Part shown: positions 37,129 to 46,955 of the stretch, piece after piece
How positions within the stretch are numbered: the stretch's first letter is position 1
Layout: every line of letters starts with the position of its first letter
Assembly (NCBI GenBank): GCA_020353515.1
Contig: CP070695.1
Span: 1,170,660-1,234,659 of the forward strand
Direction of reading: 5' to 3'
DNA: 64,000 nt
Source of the DNA: Candidatus Heimdallarchaeota archaeon
GTDB taxonomy: Archaea; Asgardarchaeota; Heimdallarchaeia; Hodarchaeales; Hodarchaeaceae
Translations under genes and position numbers: made by a program
Notes under the pieces: generated by a model
The model's database searches: none
What the model was told of the DNA's origin: nothing
What the model saw: the letters and a program-made list of their open reading frames with translations, nothing else

Positions 37129-39177
37129 TTGAGAAAAGTTAAGTTGTTATATCTAATATGTACAATTATCTCTATAAGTATTTTATTTACTGGAAATGTT
37201 CTCTCATCCCCAATAGGTATTATGCAGGTGAAATGGTCTGGAAATTGGCGTCCTTATGGAGGCTATGCAGATGAACTGTTATTCGTGGTTTTCTCAGAGG
37301 GCGAGAGAGCACAAAAAATGTTAGCACTACAGAGTGGTGAGATCGACGCAGACGATGAACGAGTTCTCTCAGATTATATTGCTGCTCTTGTTCGAGATCC
37401 TAACATCGATGTTACTTTTTCTCCTGGTTTAAGATATCGAGTAATTACCTTAAACTGTGAGAAATTCCCCACTAACATCACAGGATACCGACGAGCGATA
37501 GCTTTTGGTTATGACAAGTACAGAGCGAACATGGAAGCTATCGGAGGCATTGGTTTGGAATTGGACAGCTATGTCCCATGGTCGGCAACTGAATGGGAAG
37601 TCGAAAGCCAGATCGGAGGCGAATTCTATGCCCCAGATTATGCTGCGGGTAACGCGTCTCTTGAGAAAGCTGGTTTTAGAGACTTAGACGGCGATGGTTG
37701 GCGTGAATACGATAAGAACGATAACAACATGTGGGATGCAGGTATTGATATAGACGATGACGATCCTCTCCTTGCTATCGAGATGGGCGCCACCTCAGGT
37801 TATGATCCTGCCATTATCGCTGTTACAATCGCTGTTGAAGGCCTCGCAGTGATGGGTATGCGCGCTACAGTTGTTGAAAAGGACTTTGGCCTCCTTCTAG
37901 ATGAGCTTATACTCGGACAAGCTTCCTGTGCTTGCTGGACTGAAGGTATCCCCACTATTAATACGATCAAACAGATTTACGACCGATTCCACAGAAACGG
38001 AGCAGATTGGGCCTATTATCATTTTGTAAACCAAACTATTGAAGAGCAACTTGATTTAATGGTGAGTTCTACAACCAAAGAAGATGTAAAAATGTACGGC
38101 CTCGAAGCCAGTAAGATGCTCCTATTTGAACAACCCCAAATTGTCGTTTATAACGATGCCATTGTAGAGGCTCGTCGTAATGACGTTTGGGAAGGCTTCT
38201 TTGAGTTTAAAGGTGCTGGTTTTGTTAATGGAGATAATAAATGGGCTGGTGTTAAAGTCCGCCAACAAACTGGTGACTTAGGTGGAACATTCCGCTATGC
38301 CTGTTCAGATAACCTCAATACACTAAATGTCATGATGCGACAAACAGGCTACGAAGATCTAGTTTTCCAGTATGTCTATGAGGGCCTTTATAATGTCGAG
38401 CCAGAGAATTGGGATATCATCCCTGGGCTAGCATATGACTGGAATATTGAAGCAACCATCGCAGACGCTCCTGCTGGTATCCAAGATGGTGAGAAGTACA
38501 CATTCTACCTGTACGAAAACGAAACTTGGCATGACGGAAATGCATTCACCGCTGAAGATGTCAAGTTCACCTATGAACAAGTTTGGCATGAAGGCCTGCA
38601 ATACAATATAGAAGCTGATTCCGTGTACAGGATTGACCTGCCCAATGGTGCGGATGGACACATTGTCGAAATGTATATCAACCAGACAGGGTACTTCATG
38701 TTCCCAGAAATTGCTGGCTGCTTTGCTATTGTCCCAGAACACATCTGGAGTACAGCTGGAAATATCTCATCCTTTGTACCAACTAATGCACAAATGGTCG
38801 GGACTGGGCCTTATAAGTGGAATCAACGTGTCCCTGGTGAATACATCAGCCTTCTCCGCCATCAGAACTGGCGCTGGGATATTCGCGATGCATCCATTGA
38901 AACACCAACAGAAACATCAGAACCTCAAAAAATTACTGTGACTGTACCAGCTTCCTGTCCAGAATGTCCCTCGCCAGCAACAGTAGTAGTTACAGACGAG
39001 ATAACTAAGACTGTTGTTAAAACTATCTATCCAGAGGACACTTCTGAAACCACAGAATCCTCAGAAGAACCAAAAGAAACACCGAGTATCACACCAGGTT
39101 TTGAGTTTTATTCTGTCTTTACTATGTCTGTGATAATTGGTGTTTTGACAATCTACCGTAAACGAAGAAGAAGATAA
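37129..39177 (+). CDS. Family-5 solute-binding protein, circularly permuted tandem paralog, Thr/Glu-rich stalk and PGF-type anchor
   Basis: Colinear with the upstream gene; WHDGNAFTAEDVKFT, VGTGPYK; tail ITPGFE-TM-RKRRRR. Confidence 0.9.
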   Translation: MRKVKLLYLICTIISISILFTGNVLSSPIGIMQVKWSGNWRPYGGYADELLFVVFSEGERAQKMLALQSGEIDADDERVLSDYIAALVRDPNIDVTFSPGLRYRVITLNCEKFPTNITGYRRAIAFGYDKYRANMEAIGGIGLELDSYVPWSATEWEVESQIGGEFYAPDYAAGNASLEKAGFRDLDGDGWREYDKNDNNMWDAGIDIDDDDPLLAIEMGATSGYDPAIIAVTIAVEGLAVMGMRATVVEKDFGLLLDELILGQASCACWTEGIPTINTIKQIYDRFHRNGADWAYYHFVNQTIEEQLDLMVSSTTKEDVKMYGLEASKMLLFEQPQIVVYNDAIVEARRNDVWEGFFEFKGAGFVNGDNKWAGVKVRQQTGDLGGTFRYACSDNLNTLNVMMRQTGYEDLVFQYVYEGLYNVEPENWDIIPGLAYDWNIEATIADAPAGIQDGEKYTFYLYENETWHDGNAFTAEDVKFTYEQVWHEGLQYNIEADSVYRIDLPNGADGHIVEMYINQTGYFMFPEIAGCFAIVPEHIWSTAGNISSFVPTNAQMVGTGPYKWNQRVPGEYISLLRHQNWRWDIRDASIETPTETSEPQKITVTVPASCPECPSPATVVVTDEITKTVVKTIYPEDTSETTESSEEPKETPSITPGFEFYSVFTMSVIIGVLTIYRKRRRR

Positions 39178-39229
39178 AATATTATCTACTTCCCTCCTTT
39201 TTTTTCGTTATCTCAATCAAATGACTCGT

Positions 39230-40342
39230 CTATCTAAGCTCTTCTAACAACTCATCAATTAACTCTAATCCAGCCAATAGATAATTCTTCTCCGATCCAA
39301 TCCCAATACGGATATAGTGATCTAGTCCGAAACAATCCCCAGCTACAATAAATACACTTTTTTCTTCTCTGAGTTTAGTGGTTAATTCTGTTGAATTGAT
39401 GTTCATGTTATATTTCAAAAAAGCAATCCCCCCAGCTTGAGGGGGGATGAATTGGAAGATATCTGAGTGTTTTGCTACCCATTTGGTCAAGACTATTAAA
39501 TTCCCACGAAGCATCTTTCGATTACGTTCTAAGACTTTTTGTCTTCTCTCTGGTTGTAACACTAATGTGGCGATTCGATTGCTTAATATTCCACTAGCAA
39601 TTGAGGTATAATCATGGTAACTCCACATCTTCTCGATGGTCTTTTTCGGACCAATTAACCATCCAATCCTTAATCCAGGTAAGGCATAAGCTTTAGAGAG
39701 ACCGCAGCTAATTATTGTCTTATCATAAAGACCCCAAAAACTTGAAGTTTCATCACCCTCCAATTCAGCACCTTGATAAATCTCATCAGAATAGATCCAT
39801 GCATCTGCTTTCTTCGCTAGATGAACAATCTCCTGCATTATCTCTTCTTCTAAGACTGCTCCTGTTGGATTATTGGGATTACAGACAGTAATCATTTTTG
39901 TTCGAGGTGAGAGTAAACCCTCCAGTTCTTCAATTTCTGGTTGCCAGTTAAGATGTTCTTTTAGATGAAAAGGCTTAACTGTAACTCCGAAAGACTGAGC
40001 AATCCCCCAAATCTGCAAATAGTTTGGTAACATAAGAATAAGCTCATCCTTGGGTTCCAAAGTGCTCCAGGTGCCAATAAAGTTTCCCTCTGATGACCCG
40101 TTTGTCACCAATACATTATCTAAGTTTGTTCCTGGATAAAGAAGACTGATTGCCTCTCGTAATTCAATAGATCCATTTGTCTGACCGTAACCAAGTCGAA
40201 TAGAAAATAAATCCTTTAGTTCATCGTCAGTAAGGAGTTCAGAAAGCATGTAAGGATGAACTCCGCTTTCAGTTAAGTTATATCGCACTCTATTTTCCCA
40301 AACTGATTGTCTCCTCTCCAGCTCGAAAGTTTCAATTTTCAT
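39230..40342 (-). CDS. PLP-dependent class I/II aminotransferase-fold enzyme
   Basis: LTESGV, NPNNPTG, DEIY, LSKAYALPGLRIGW, IRIGIG. Confidence 0.92.
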   Translation of the reverse strand: MKIETFELERRQSVWENRVRYNLTESGVHPYMLSELLTDDELKDLFSIRLGYGQTNGSIELREAISLLYPGTNLDNVLVTNGSSEGNFIGTWSTLEPKDELILMLPNYLQIWGIAQSFGVTVKPFHLKEHLNWQPEIEELEGLLSPRTKMITVCNPNNPTGAVLEEEIMQEIVHLAKKADAWIYSDEIYQGAELEGDETSSFWGLYDKTIISCGLSKAYALPGLRIGWLIGPKKTIEKMWSYHDYTSIASGILSNRIATLVLQPERRQKVLERNRKMLRGNLIVLTKWVAKHSDIFQFIPPQAGGIAFLKYNMNINSTELTTKLREEKSVFIVAGDCFGLDHYIRIGIGSEKNYLLAGLELIDELLEELR

Positions 40343-40465
40343 TTGATTTTCCTCAAAAAAGGAGATTAGTCCGTTTTAATGTGAACCTGATAAGCTTTTT
40401 AAGCCTTCAGGATATAATTACATAAATTTGGTATGAAGGAAATTATTTCTTAGGAGGTTGATTGA

Positions 40466-41326
40466 ATGGCTATAAAAAGGAAATATGGAATATCCTTGAT
40501 AGTATTTCTGCAATTATTAGTACTGATAACCCCAATGCCTTTTAGCGCTAAACCAATAGGTTCTGATGTCTTATTTCAACTACCAAATGATACCCCTGCA
40601 CCTGATTTCACCTTAACTGATTTTGTAACGAATGTATCATTTTCATTATCCGATTTTCAGGGGAAAGTAGTTATCCTCGACCTTTTTGCTACATGGTGTC
40701 CTCCGTGTGTTGATGCTATTCCGAAAATAAGAGAAATTTCCCTCTCTTATTCTGTTAATGATCTTGTAATTATTTCAATTGATATCGATTCAGGTGAAGA
40801 TGAACAATTAGTTGAGGATTTTATTGAGGAGCATCAAATGGATTGGTGGGTCGCTTTTGACAATAGCAGTATAGTAAGTAATAATTATGGTTCCGGATAT
40901 ATTCCAACTTTGTACGTAATTGATCAAAATCAAATTGTTACTTATTCTGAAATAGGTTTCGACTTTGAGGAGGTTCTGAATACTTTAGATCAGCTAGGAA
41001 TAGAACCTACACTTCCTATCTCACCAAATGGCTCTTTAGGTGATCTACCCTTTTTTGGAATTGTTCCTACAATCTTTATTGTTGGAATAGGGTTTATGGT
41101 TGTTTTTATTATAGGTGCAGTCATATATGGTAGATATCAACAGAGAAAACAGAGAGAAGCATACCAAGTTCGTTACGGTTTCAACCAACACCAGAAAATC
41201 CAGACATCCACTCTTGATGAAAGAGCTGCATCTAGGATTTGTCCTAATTGTAACCGTTCTTCAGCTTTGAAAGCCAAATTTTGTTTGTACTGTGGCTCAG
41301 ATTTGAGAGAAGATTCCTCCTGGTAG
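40466..41326 (+). CDS. TlpA/ResA-like thioredoxin with TM helix and C-terminal zinc ribbon
   Basis: Signal peptide, APDFTL, FATWCPPC, IPT; TM; CPNC-x10-CLYCG. Confidence 0.88.
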   Translation: MAIKRKYGISLIVFLQLLVLITPMPFSAKPIGSDVLFQLPNDTPAPDFTLTDFVTNVSFSLSDFQGKVVILDLFATWCPPCVDAIPKIREISLSYSVNDLVIISIDIDSGEDEQLVEDFIEEHQMDWWVAFDNSSIVSNNYGSGYIPTLYVIDQNQIVTYSEIGFDFEEVLNTLDQLGIEPTLPISPNGSLGDLPFFGIVPTIFIVGIGFMVVFIIGAVIYGRYQQRKQREAYQVRYGFNQHQKIQTSTLDERAASRICPNCNRSSALKAKFCLYCGSDLREDSSW

Positions 41327-41336
41327 TCTTTTTATG

Positions 41337-42293
41337 TCACAATATTCCTTCATATACTGCTTTTGAGATTTGAATATCTTGTACTGCAACACCAGTTAAA
41401 TCAGCAACAGTAATTTCATCATCAGTTTGACGTTGGAGGGTTTTACTGGATATCATTGTGCCTAACTCCACCATGTCATCTTTTGTAATCTTTCCATTTT
41501 TCATTGCGTGGAAACATTCCCCACGAAATGCAGCTTGAGGAATACTATCAACTATAACATGGTTAGCAATACGTAAGATTTCTGGATCTAATTCTTGTTT
41601 TTCTGGTGTGTCCGACCCAATTGCCGTAATATGTGTTCCTTTTCGAACCTGTTCCGCTTTTATAAGAGGTACTTTGGATGGAGTGCAGGTAACAATCAGG
41701 TTACATGTACTTGTAATATCTTCTTGATCCAAAGTTGTTTCTATGTTAAATCCAGAATCTATCATATCTTGTTGATACTTGACCAATCCTGTTTCTTTTC
41801 TTCCCCACACAATTGCGTCTCGACATGTTATTATTGTTTTTAAATATTCTAGTTGCATCTTTCCCTGAATTCCATAACCTAAAATACCTATACGATTTAC
41901 TTTTTGAGGACTCATATATTTTGCTACAACTGCTCCTGCTGCTGCTGTTCTCACATTTGTTAAATGACCTTCATCGAGTAAGACGCATAATACCTCACCT
42001 GTCTTTTGACTGAACAAAATATTAAGTCCATTAATAGAAGGGAGGCCTTTTTGGGGATTTTCATAAAATCCTTGGGCAATTTTAACGACATAGTAATCGC
42101 CTTGTTTGATATAACCATATTTAATGTGACAGTCTCCAGGAGGTTCCTCAAAGATCATCTCACCCACAGGGGGAACGACAACTTTCCCTTGTGAATAAGC
42201 TACGAACCCTTCTTCAATTAGTTTGAGAGGATCAATACTTCTTAGAATCTCTTTTATTTTTGATAATCTAATAATCTTAGTCACAATAATCAT
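41337..42293 (-). CDS. Ornithine cyclodeaminase / mu-crystallin family protein
   Basis: LTNVRTAAAG, GYGIQG, HITAIGSDTPEKQE, ADLTGVAVQD. Confidence 0.92.
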   Translation of the reverse strand: MIIVTKIIRLSKIKEILRSIDPLKLIEEGFVAYSQGKVVVPPVGEMIFEEPPGDCHIKYGYIKQGDYYVVKIAQGFYENPQKGLPSINGLNILFSQKTGEVLCVLLDEGHLTNVRTAAAGAVVAKYMSPQKVNRIGILGYGIQGKMQLEYLKTIITCRDAIVWGRKETGLVKYQQDMIDSGFNIETTLDQEDITSTCNLIVTCTPSKVPLIKAEQVRKGTHITAIGSDTPEKQELDPEILRIANHVIVDSIPQAAFRGECFHAMKNGKITKDDMVELGTMISSKTLQRQTDDEITVADLTGVAVQDIQISKAVYEGIL

Positions 42294-42305
42294 TCTTCCT
42301 CAAAG

Positions 42306-43775
42306 TTAATCAGTTAATCCTGCATATTTACATGTGATCTCAACCGCTCGTACCAAAGCTTGGGCAGCTAGGGTTGCTCTCTCTGTGATCAAGTTTCCTT
42401 CTTCATCTAATGTCCCCAATCCAGGTGTTAAAAACATATTTCCACTATAAATAGTAGCACCAAGGCCCACACCCATTTCATCGAGTGCTACAATTATAGG
42501 ATTAGTATTCGCAAACATATCTTCCATATTAAAGATTGGAATGCCAAATTTACCCTCTTCCCAAGTTTGTTCGTAATTCAGTTCAGTACCTCCCATTGTA
42601 TAGCTTTTCGTGAAGATTAATTTGTCTCTAAACCTATTTGGTTCAAATGATTTGAAAGCTTCCACAAGAATCTCATGGTACTGATCAATTGGTTTTGTAA
42701 TTTTTTCAGAGTTTTCGTGAAGCATTTTTAAAACTGCTATCAAACCTACAACGGCATCTCTACCAGGGTCCATCATTGAATAACGAGCTTTTCCGTGTGA
42801 TGACACCTCACCATATTTTTGTCCCCCTACCCCTAATCCTTTACGAACAGGAACCATCACCTCCTCCTTTCCAACGATAAGACCGCAAATTGGAGCTCTT
42901 GCTGCTTTATCCATACTCCACATCATGATATCCCCATTAACATCATTTGGCCCAAGACCTATCACTGGAACTCCTCCCCCACCATCTAGAGCATAAGGAA
43001 CCTCAAATTCCTGAGAAAGTCTCCCAATTCCCTTTTTAAGTAATGGAACGCCATTTTGATCCTTTTCTCCATACCCATAACCTGGAGTATCATAACCAAG
43101 AGTAACAAAACCAGTTAATGATGTGATATGTTTTTCTGCTATCGTTTTTATTTTTTCAATCGATTTCTCGGCGTTTGTCTCAGTCATTAATGGAACAACG
43201 TTGTATTTAATTCCATGGACTTCATATTTTGTCCCAACAGGTTTCACAAGTAGTGAATCGAGATTTGGTAGACATTTTGCTTCCACAGCAAGTTCTCCAC
43301 CTGTAACTGACTTATCAACAAATAGATTCTTGTATTGTGGTGGAAACGGTCTTCCATAACCAGCAGTATATTCCGTATCTTCCCCATAAAGGGTAAGGAA
43401 TCTACACCGATAAGTATCACCTATTCGTAATATTGGTGGAGCCATTAACGTCTCTAATGTTACTCTTATAGCTGCTTCACATGTATTCGTTACCGCGGAA
43501 TCATAGTCATCTCCAAAGATATCTTTAATCAGATTTCGTAATTCATCTTGAACCTTCCTCATGGGAATAACTTCTTTGTTTGCCTTAACGATCGCATCGA
43601 GTACGTAATTAGGCAATAGTCCTGGACAGGAAGAACTACCTGGGTATAATCCAAAAGATCCATCATTCAGTGTATCCAATCCAAATTCTTGCGCTGCTTT
43701 GCGTGCGTCATTCCGAATTCGTGGGAAGTTCTCATATATCTCTTGGTACCATTGGAATTTAAATCTAGATCCCAT
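42306..43775 (-). CDS. Uncharacterised fold-type I PLP enzyme (SelA-like)
   Basis: AVTNTCEAA, YALDGGGG, WSMDKAARAPICGLIVG (putative PLP lysine). Confidence 0.6.
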   Translation of the reverse strand: MGSRFKFQWYQEIYENFPRIRNDARKAAQEFGLDTLNDGSFGLYPGSSSCPGLLPNYVLDAIVKANKEVIPMRKVQDELRNLIKDIFGDDYDSAVTNTCEAAIRVTLETLMAPPILRIGDTYRCRFLTLYGEDTEYTAGYGRPFPPQYKNLFVDKSVTGGELAVEAKCLPNLDSLLVKPVGTKYEVHGIKYNVVPLMTETNAEKSIEKIKTIAEKHITSLTGFVTLGYDTPGYGYGEKDQNGVPLLKKGIGRLSQEFEVPYALDGGGGVPVIGLGPNDVNGDIMMWSMDKAARAPICGLIVGKEEVMVPVRKGLGVGGQKYGEVSSHGKARYSMMDPGRDAVVGLIAVLKMLHENSEKITKPIDQYHEILVEAFKSFEPNRFRDKLIFTKSYTMGGTELNYEQTWEEGKFGIPIFNMEDMFANTNPIIVALDEMGVGLGATIYSGNMFLTPGLGTLDEEGNLITERATLAAQALVRAVEITCKYAGLTD

Positions 43776-43909
43776 ATATCTCTCCTACTTCATATTTACA
43801 ATGAATCTCTATTCTATTGTGGATATTATGTATTTGTTATCAAATTCAACAGTTCAAATAAGAATGATTATATGATATCATTGCTTCAATCGGTTGACAG
43901 TGAAAAAAA

Positions 43910-44572
43910 ATGTCATCTCCTGAAGACCAGAATGACAAGGAATTGTCAGTTCTTCAAAAAGACGCCTTGAAGGAACTTGGAAAGATTGGTGCGGATCAGG
44001 CTGCTAAGGCTCTCACAGAATTTCTTGAACAATCAATCTATATGAAGGCTACGTCGTTGGAAATGGGAAATATAGAATCAGTTCCAACTTTATTAAGAAA
44101 TCAATACCACTCTAACACACAGATCGCGATCTTCTCTGCAAGTAACACTACTGAAATAGCCTACACCGTTGTAATCCTATTTGACAAAGAAATTGTGACA
44201 AAAATACTTAGCCAAAAATCACCACCAACAGATGATATTGAAGCAGTAATGGAATTTAGTACAATGTTCATGGATATGCTAAGAGAGATTGGTTCAATAA
44301 TTCTAATCAAGTATATTCTAACTTTGAACGAAATTTTAAATCTTAATGGGGCTCTTCCATCACAACCGATATTACGAATAGGAAAACTAGATTCTTTGTT
44401 AAATTATGAATTGAATACTTTCAAGAAAGAATCGGATGTACTAATTATTGAATGTGACATTCAATTAGAAGCAGAATTCTACTATAATTATCTAAAAACT
44501 TACCTAATTTTAATCCCTCATCATGAGACTTATACTCGCTTTTTAAGAAGAACTAATCAAGAAAATCGCTGA
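43910..44572 (+). CDS. cheC: CheC-family protein (catalytic Asn residues absent)
   Basis: DALKELGKIGADQAAKALT and DMLREIGSII repeats; immediately upstream of cheD. Confidence 0.8.
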   Translation: MSSPEDQNDKELSVLQKDALKELGKIGADQAAKALTEFLEQSIYMKATSLEMGNIESVPTLLRNQYHSNTQIAIFSASNTTEIAYTVVILFDKEIVTKILSQKSPPTDDIEAVMEFSTMFMDMLREIGSIILIKYILTLNEILNLNGALPSQPILRIGKLDSLLNYELNTFKKESDVLIIECDIQLEAEFYYNYLKTYLILIPHHETYTRFLRRTNQENR

Positions 44573-44603
44573 TAAAAAACCAAATCCCTTCAAGGAGGAA
44601 ATA

Positions 44604-45149
44604 GTGATTCGTCAGCTCTTTAATAAAGAGAAAACAGGTTCATATGATAGTCGAACACATTATGTTGGGATTGGTGAAGTTAAACTTGGATGTTCAAACG
44701 ATCAGTTAAAAATTACATCACTAGGGTCCTGTATTGGTGTGGTTTTATACCCCGAAGATGAAGATCCTGTAAAATGTGCTGTTATGGGCCATATAATGCT
44801 CCCACGATCTCAAGGGAGGGAACCAAAAAAGTATACTTTTGGGCCTACAAGATTTGCCGATATTGCCATACCATTGATGGTTAAAAAACTTGAGAAAGCC
44901 ATTGGGAAACATCGTCGTAAAGCTATTGTAGCAAAAATTATTGGAGGAGCGGAAATGTTTGGGTATACTAAAATAACTTTGAAAATTGGGGAGGAGAACG
45001 CAAAAGTAACAAAAGCATTACTAAAAGATGAAAAAATCCCTCTGATCAAGGAATTCACTGGAGGAGATACTGGAATGTCGGTCAAATTCCGAGTTAGTGA
45101 CTATTTATTAACTGTCAAGCCAACAGGGGGAAGAATAATAATTATATAA
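44604..45149 (+). CDS. cheD: CheD chemoreceptor glutamine deamidase
   Basis: VGIGE, LGSCIG, GHIMLP, RFADIAI, AKIIGGAEMF, IGEEN, FTGG; AAGGAGG SD. Confidence 0.92.
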   Translation: MIRQLFNKEKTGSYDSRTHYVGIGEVKLGCSNDQLKITSLGSCIGVVLYPEDEDPVKCAVMGHIMLPRSQGREPKKYTFGPTRFADIAIPLMVKKLEKAIGKHRRKAIVAKIIGGAEMFGYTKITLKIGEENAKVTKALLKDEKIPLIKEFTGGDTGMSVKFRVSDYLLTVKPTGGRIIII

Positions 45150-45161
45150 TGAAATAGAAAT

Positions 45162-46919
45162 TTATTTCTTCTGTCTAAGCTCCTCCTCTTCTTTCAGAGC
45201 GCGTCGAAGAACCTTACCGACTTGGGTCATTGGTAATTCATTGCGAAACTCAATATAAGTCTCATCGTGAGGCTGCTTATATTTTACCAACTTTTCTTGG
45301 CAATATTCCAAGACCTCCGCTTTAGTAAGCTTTTCATCTGTTTTGGGAATAATAAAGACTTTGACAGTTTCTCCAACTTTAGGATGAGGAACTCCAATGA
45401 CAGCTGCATTCGAAATTTTGGGATGAGCAATAAGTACTTCTTCGATTTCCCTGGGATACGCCTTGAAACCTCCCACATCAATCATATCCTTCTTCCGATC
45501 TGTTACATAGAAGTAGAAATCTTCATCATATTTACCAATATCTCCCGTTAAAAAGTAATTTTTTCCATCAATTTCTCTAAAAACTGCTTTAGTTTCTTCA
45601 GGTTTTTTGTAATACCCCTTCATCACTTGAGGACCATGAATTGCAATTTCTCCTTCTTCATTGGGGCCTAATCTTTTCGTACCCGTTTCAAGATCGACAA
45701 TTATAGCATCTGTATCAGGATAAGGTATTCCTACTGATCCTTCTTTCTTCAAAGGTTTGTCACGACCAGGTGCTGCAGCCATGGGATTTGAGTGAGTAAC
45801 TGGAGACGTCTCTGTTAAACCATAACCCTCTGATAAGTTCGCTCCTGTGACCTTTTCGTACTCTTGCAATACTGCCAGTGGTAGAGGAGCTGCTCCACTT
45901 GTGCTTACTATTAAGGAACTTAAATCGTACTCCACAAGCCTGGGATGACGCAATAACGCAATATATAATGTAGGGACGGTATTAAAAATCTGGATTTTAT
46001 ATTTATCCAAGAGATATAAGATTTGATTGAAATTATCTTCACGAGGATCGAGCATCAATACACCTAGAGCCCCATACTGAACACCCAAATTCATGGCAGT
46101 TGTTGCTCCGTAACTATGATAAAAAGGGAGTGACCCAATACCAACTGTTGTTCCTCGTTCGGGTCGAGGGTTCATCCAGACGGAACACTGTTCTACATTG
46201 GCCACAAGATTTCTATGGGTCAACATCGCTCCCTTTGGAGTTCCTGTTGTACCCCCTGTGAACATTATGACAGCTACGTCCTCAGGTTTAGTATTAACTT
46301 TTGGTCTATCTGATACGCTATAATTATCATAAATTTCATGCATATAATAGTCTTGGGGCTCTTTCTTGCTAATTTTTCCAACCAAACCACCTAAGAACCT
46401 TTTTATTCCTGATAAGTATGGTTTTATAGAAGCTACAACAACAAATTCTAAACCAGTATTTCCTTGATCTCGAACTGTTTTACAAGTCTCATAAGGTTGA
46501 GCAGCTGAAGTTATCATATCTGCACAAACAATTCCTTTTGCCTCACTTTGTTGTAATTGTCCAGTCAATTCACTCGCGGGATATTGAAAATTTAACGAAA
46601 CGACGGTAGCACCAGCTTTTAAGATGCCATAATAAGCTATTACAAACTCCACCATATTAGGTAAGAAAACTGCAACCTTATCTCCTGGTTTAACTCCTCG
46701 AACGACCAAGAAAGCGGAAAATTTGTCTGAGAGTTCTCCAAGTTCACGAAAAGTCACTTTTACAACTTTTTTAAAGTTAGTTGTATCAAGAATAAGGGCA
46801 GTATTCTCTGGGAAATCTTCAACTGTTCTATCTAAATTTGTGAAAAGAGGAATTTCGGGATAATCAATTGTTTTTGGAATTCCTTCCGGCCACAAAGGAA
46901 TTTCGTTTGGATTTACCAA
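45162..46919 (-). CDS. Long-chain fatty-acid--CoA ligase (FadD-like)
   Basis: FTGGTTGTPKG, EGYGLTETSP, GPQVMKGY, TGDIG, DRKKDMI, VGKVLRR. Confidence 0.93.
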   Translation of the reverse strand: MVNPNEIPLWPEGIPKTIDYPEIPLFTNLDRTVEDFPENTALILDTTNFKKVVKVTFRELGELSDKFSAFLVVRGVKPGDKVAVFLPNMVEFVIAYYGILKAGATVVSLNFQYPASELTGQLQQSEAKGIVCADMITSAAQPYETCKTVRDQGNTGLEFVVVASIKPYLSGIKRFLGGLVGKISKKEPQDYYMHEIYDNYSVSDRPKVNTKPEDVAVIMFTGGTTGTPKGAMLTHRNLVANVEQCSVWMNPRPERGTTVGIGSLPFYHSYGATTAMNLGVQYGALGVLMLDPREDNFNQILYLLDKYKIQIFNTVPTLYIALLRHPRLVEYDLSSLIVSTSGAAPLPLAVLQEYEKVTGANLSEGYGLTETSPVTHSNPMAAAPGRDKPLKKEGSVGIPYPDTDAIIVDLETGTKRLGPNEEGEIAIHGPQVMKGYYKKPEETKAVFREIDGKNYFLTGDIGKYDEDFYFYVTDRKKDMIDVGGFKAYPREIEEVLIAHPKISNAAVIGVPHPKVGETVKVFIIPKTDEKLTKAEVLEYCQEKLVKYKQPHDETYIEFRNELPMTQVGKVLRRALKEEEELRQKK

Positions 46920-46955
46920 TTTAATTCACCATAGATTCAGAATTTGTTCAAGAAC

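Noticed and set aside
42306-43775. True selenocysteine synthase
   Set aside because: Only fold-level resemblance; no selB, selD, pstk or tRNA-Sec nearby.
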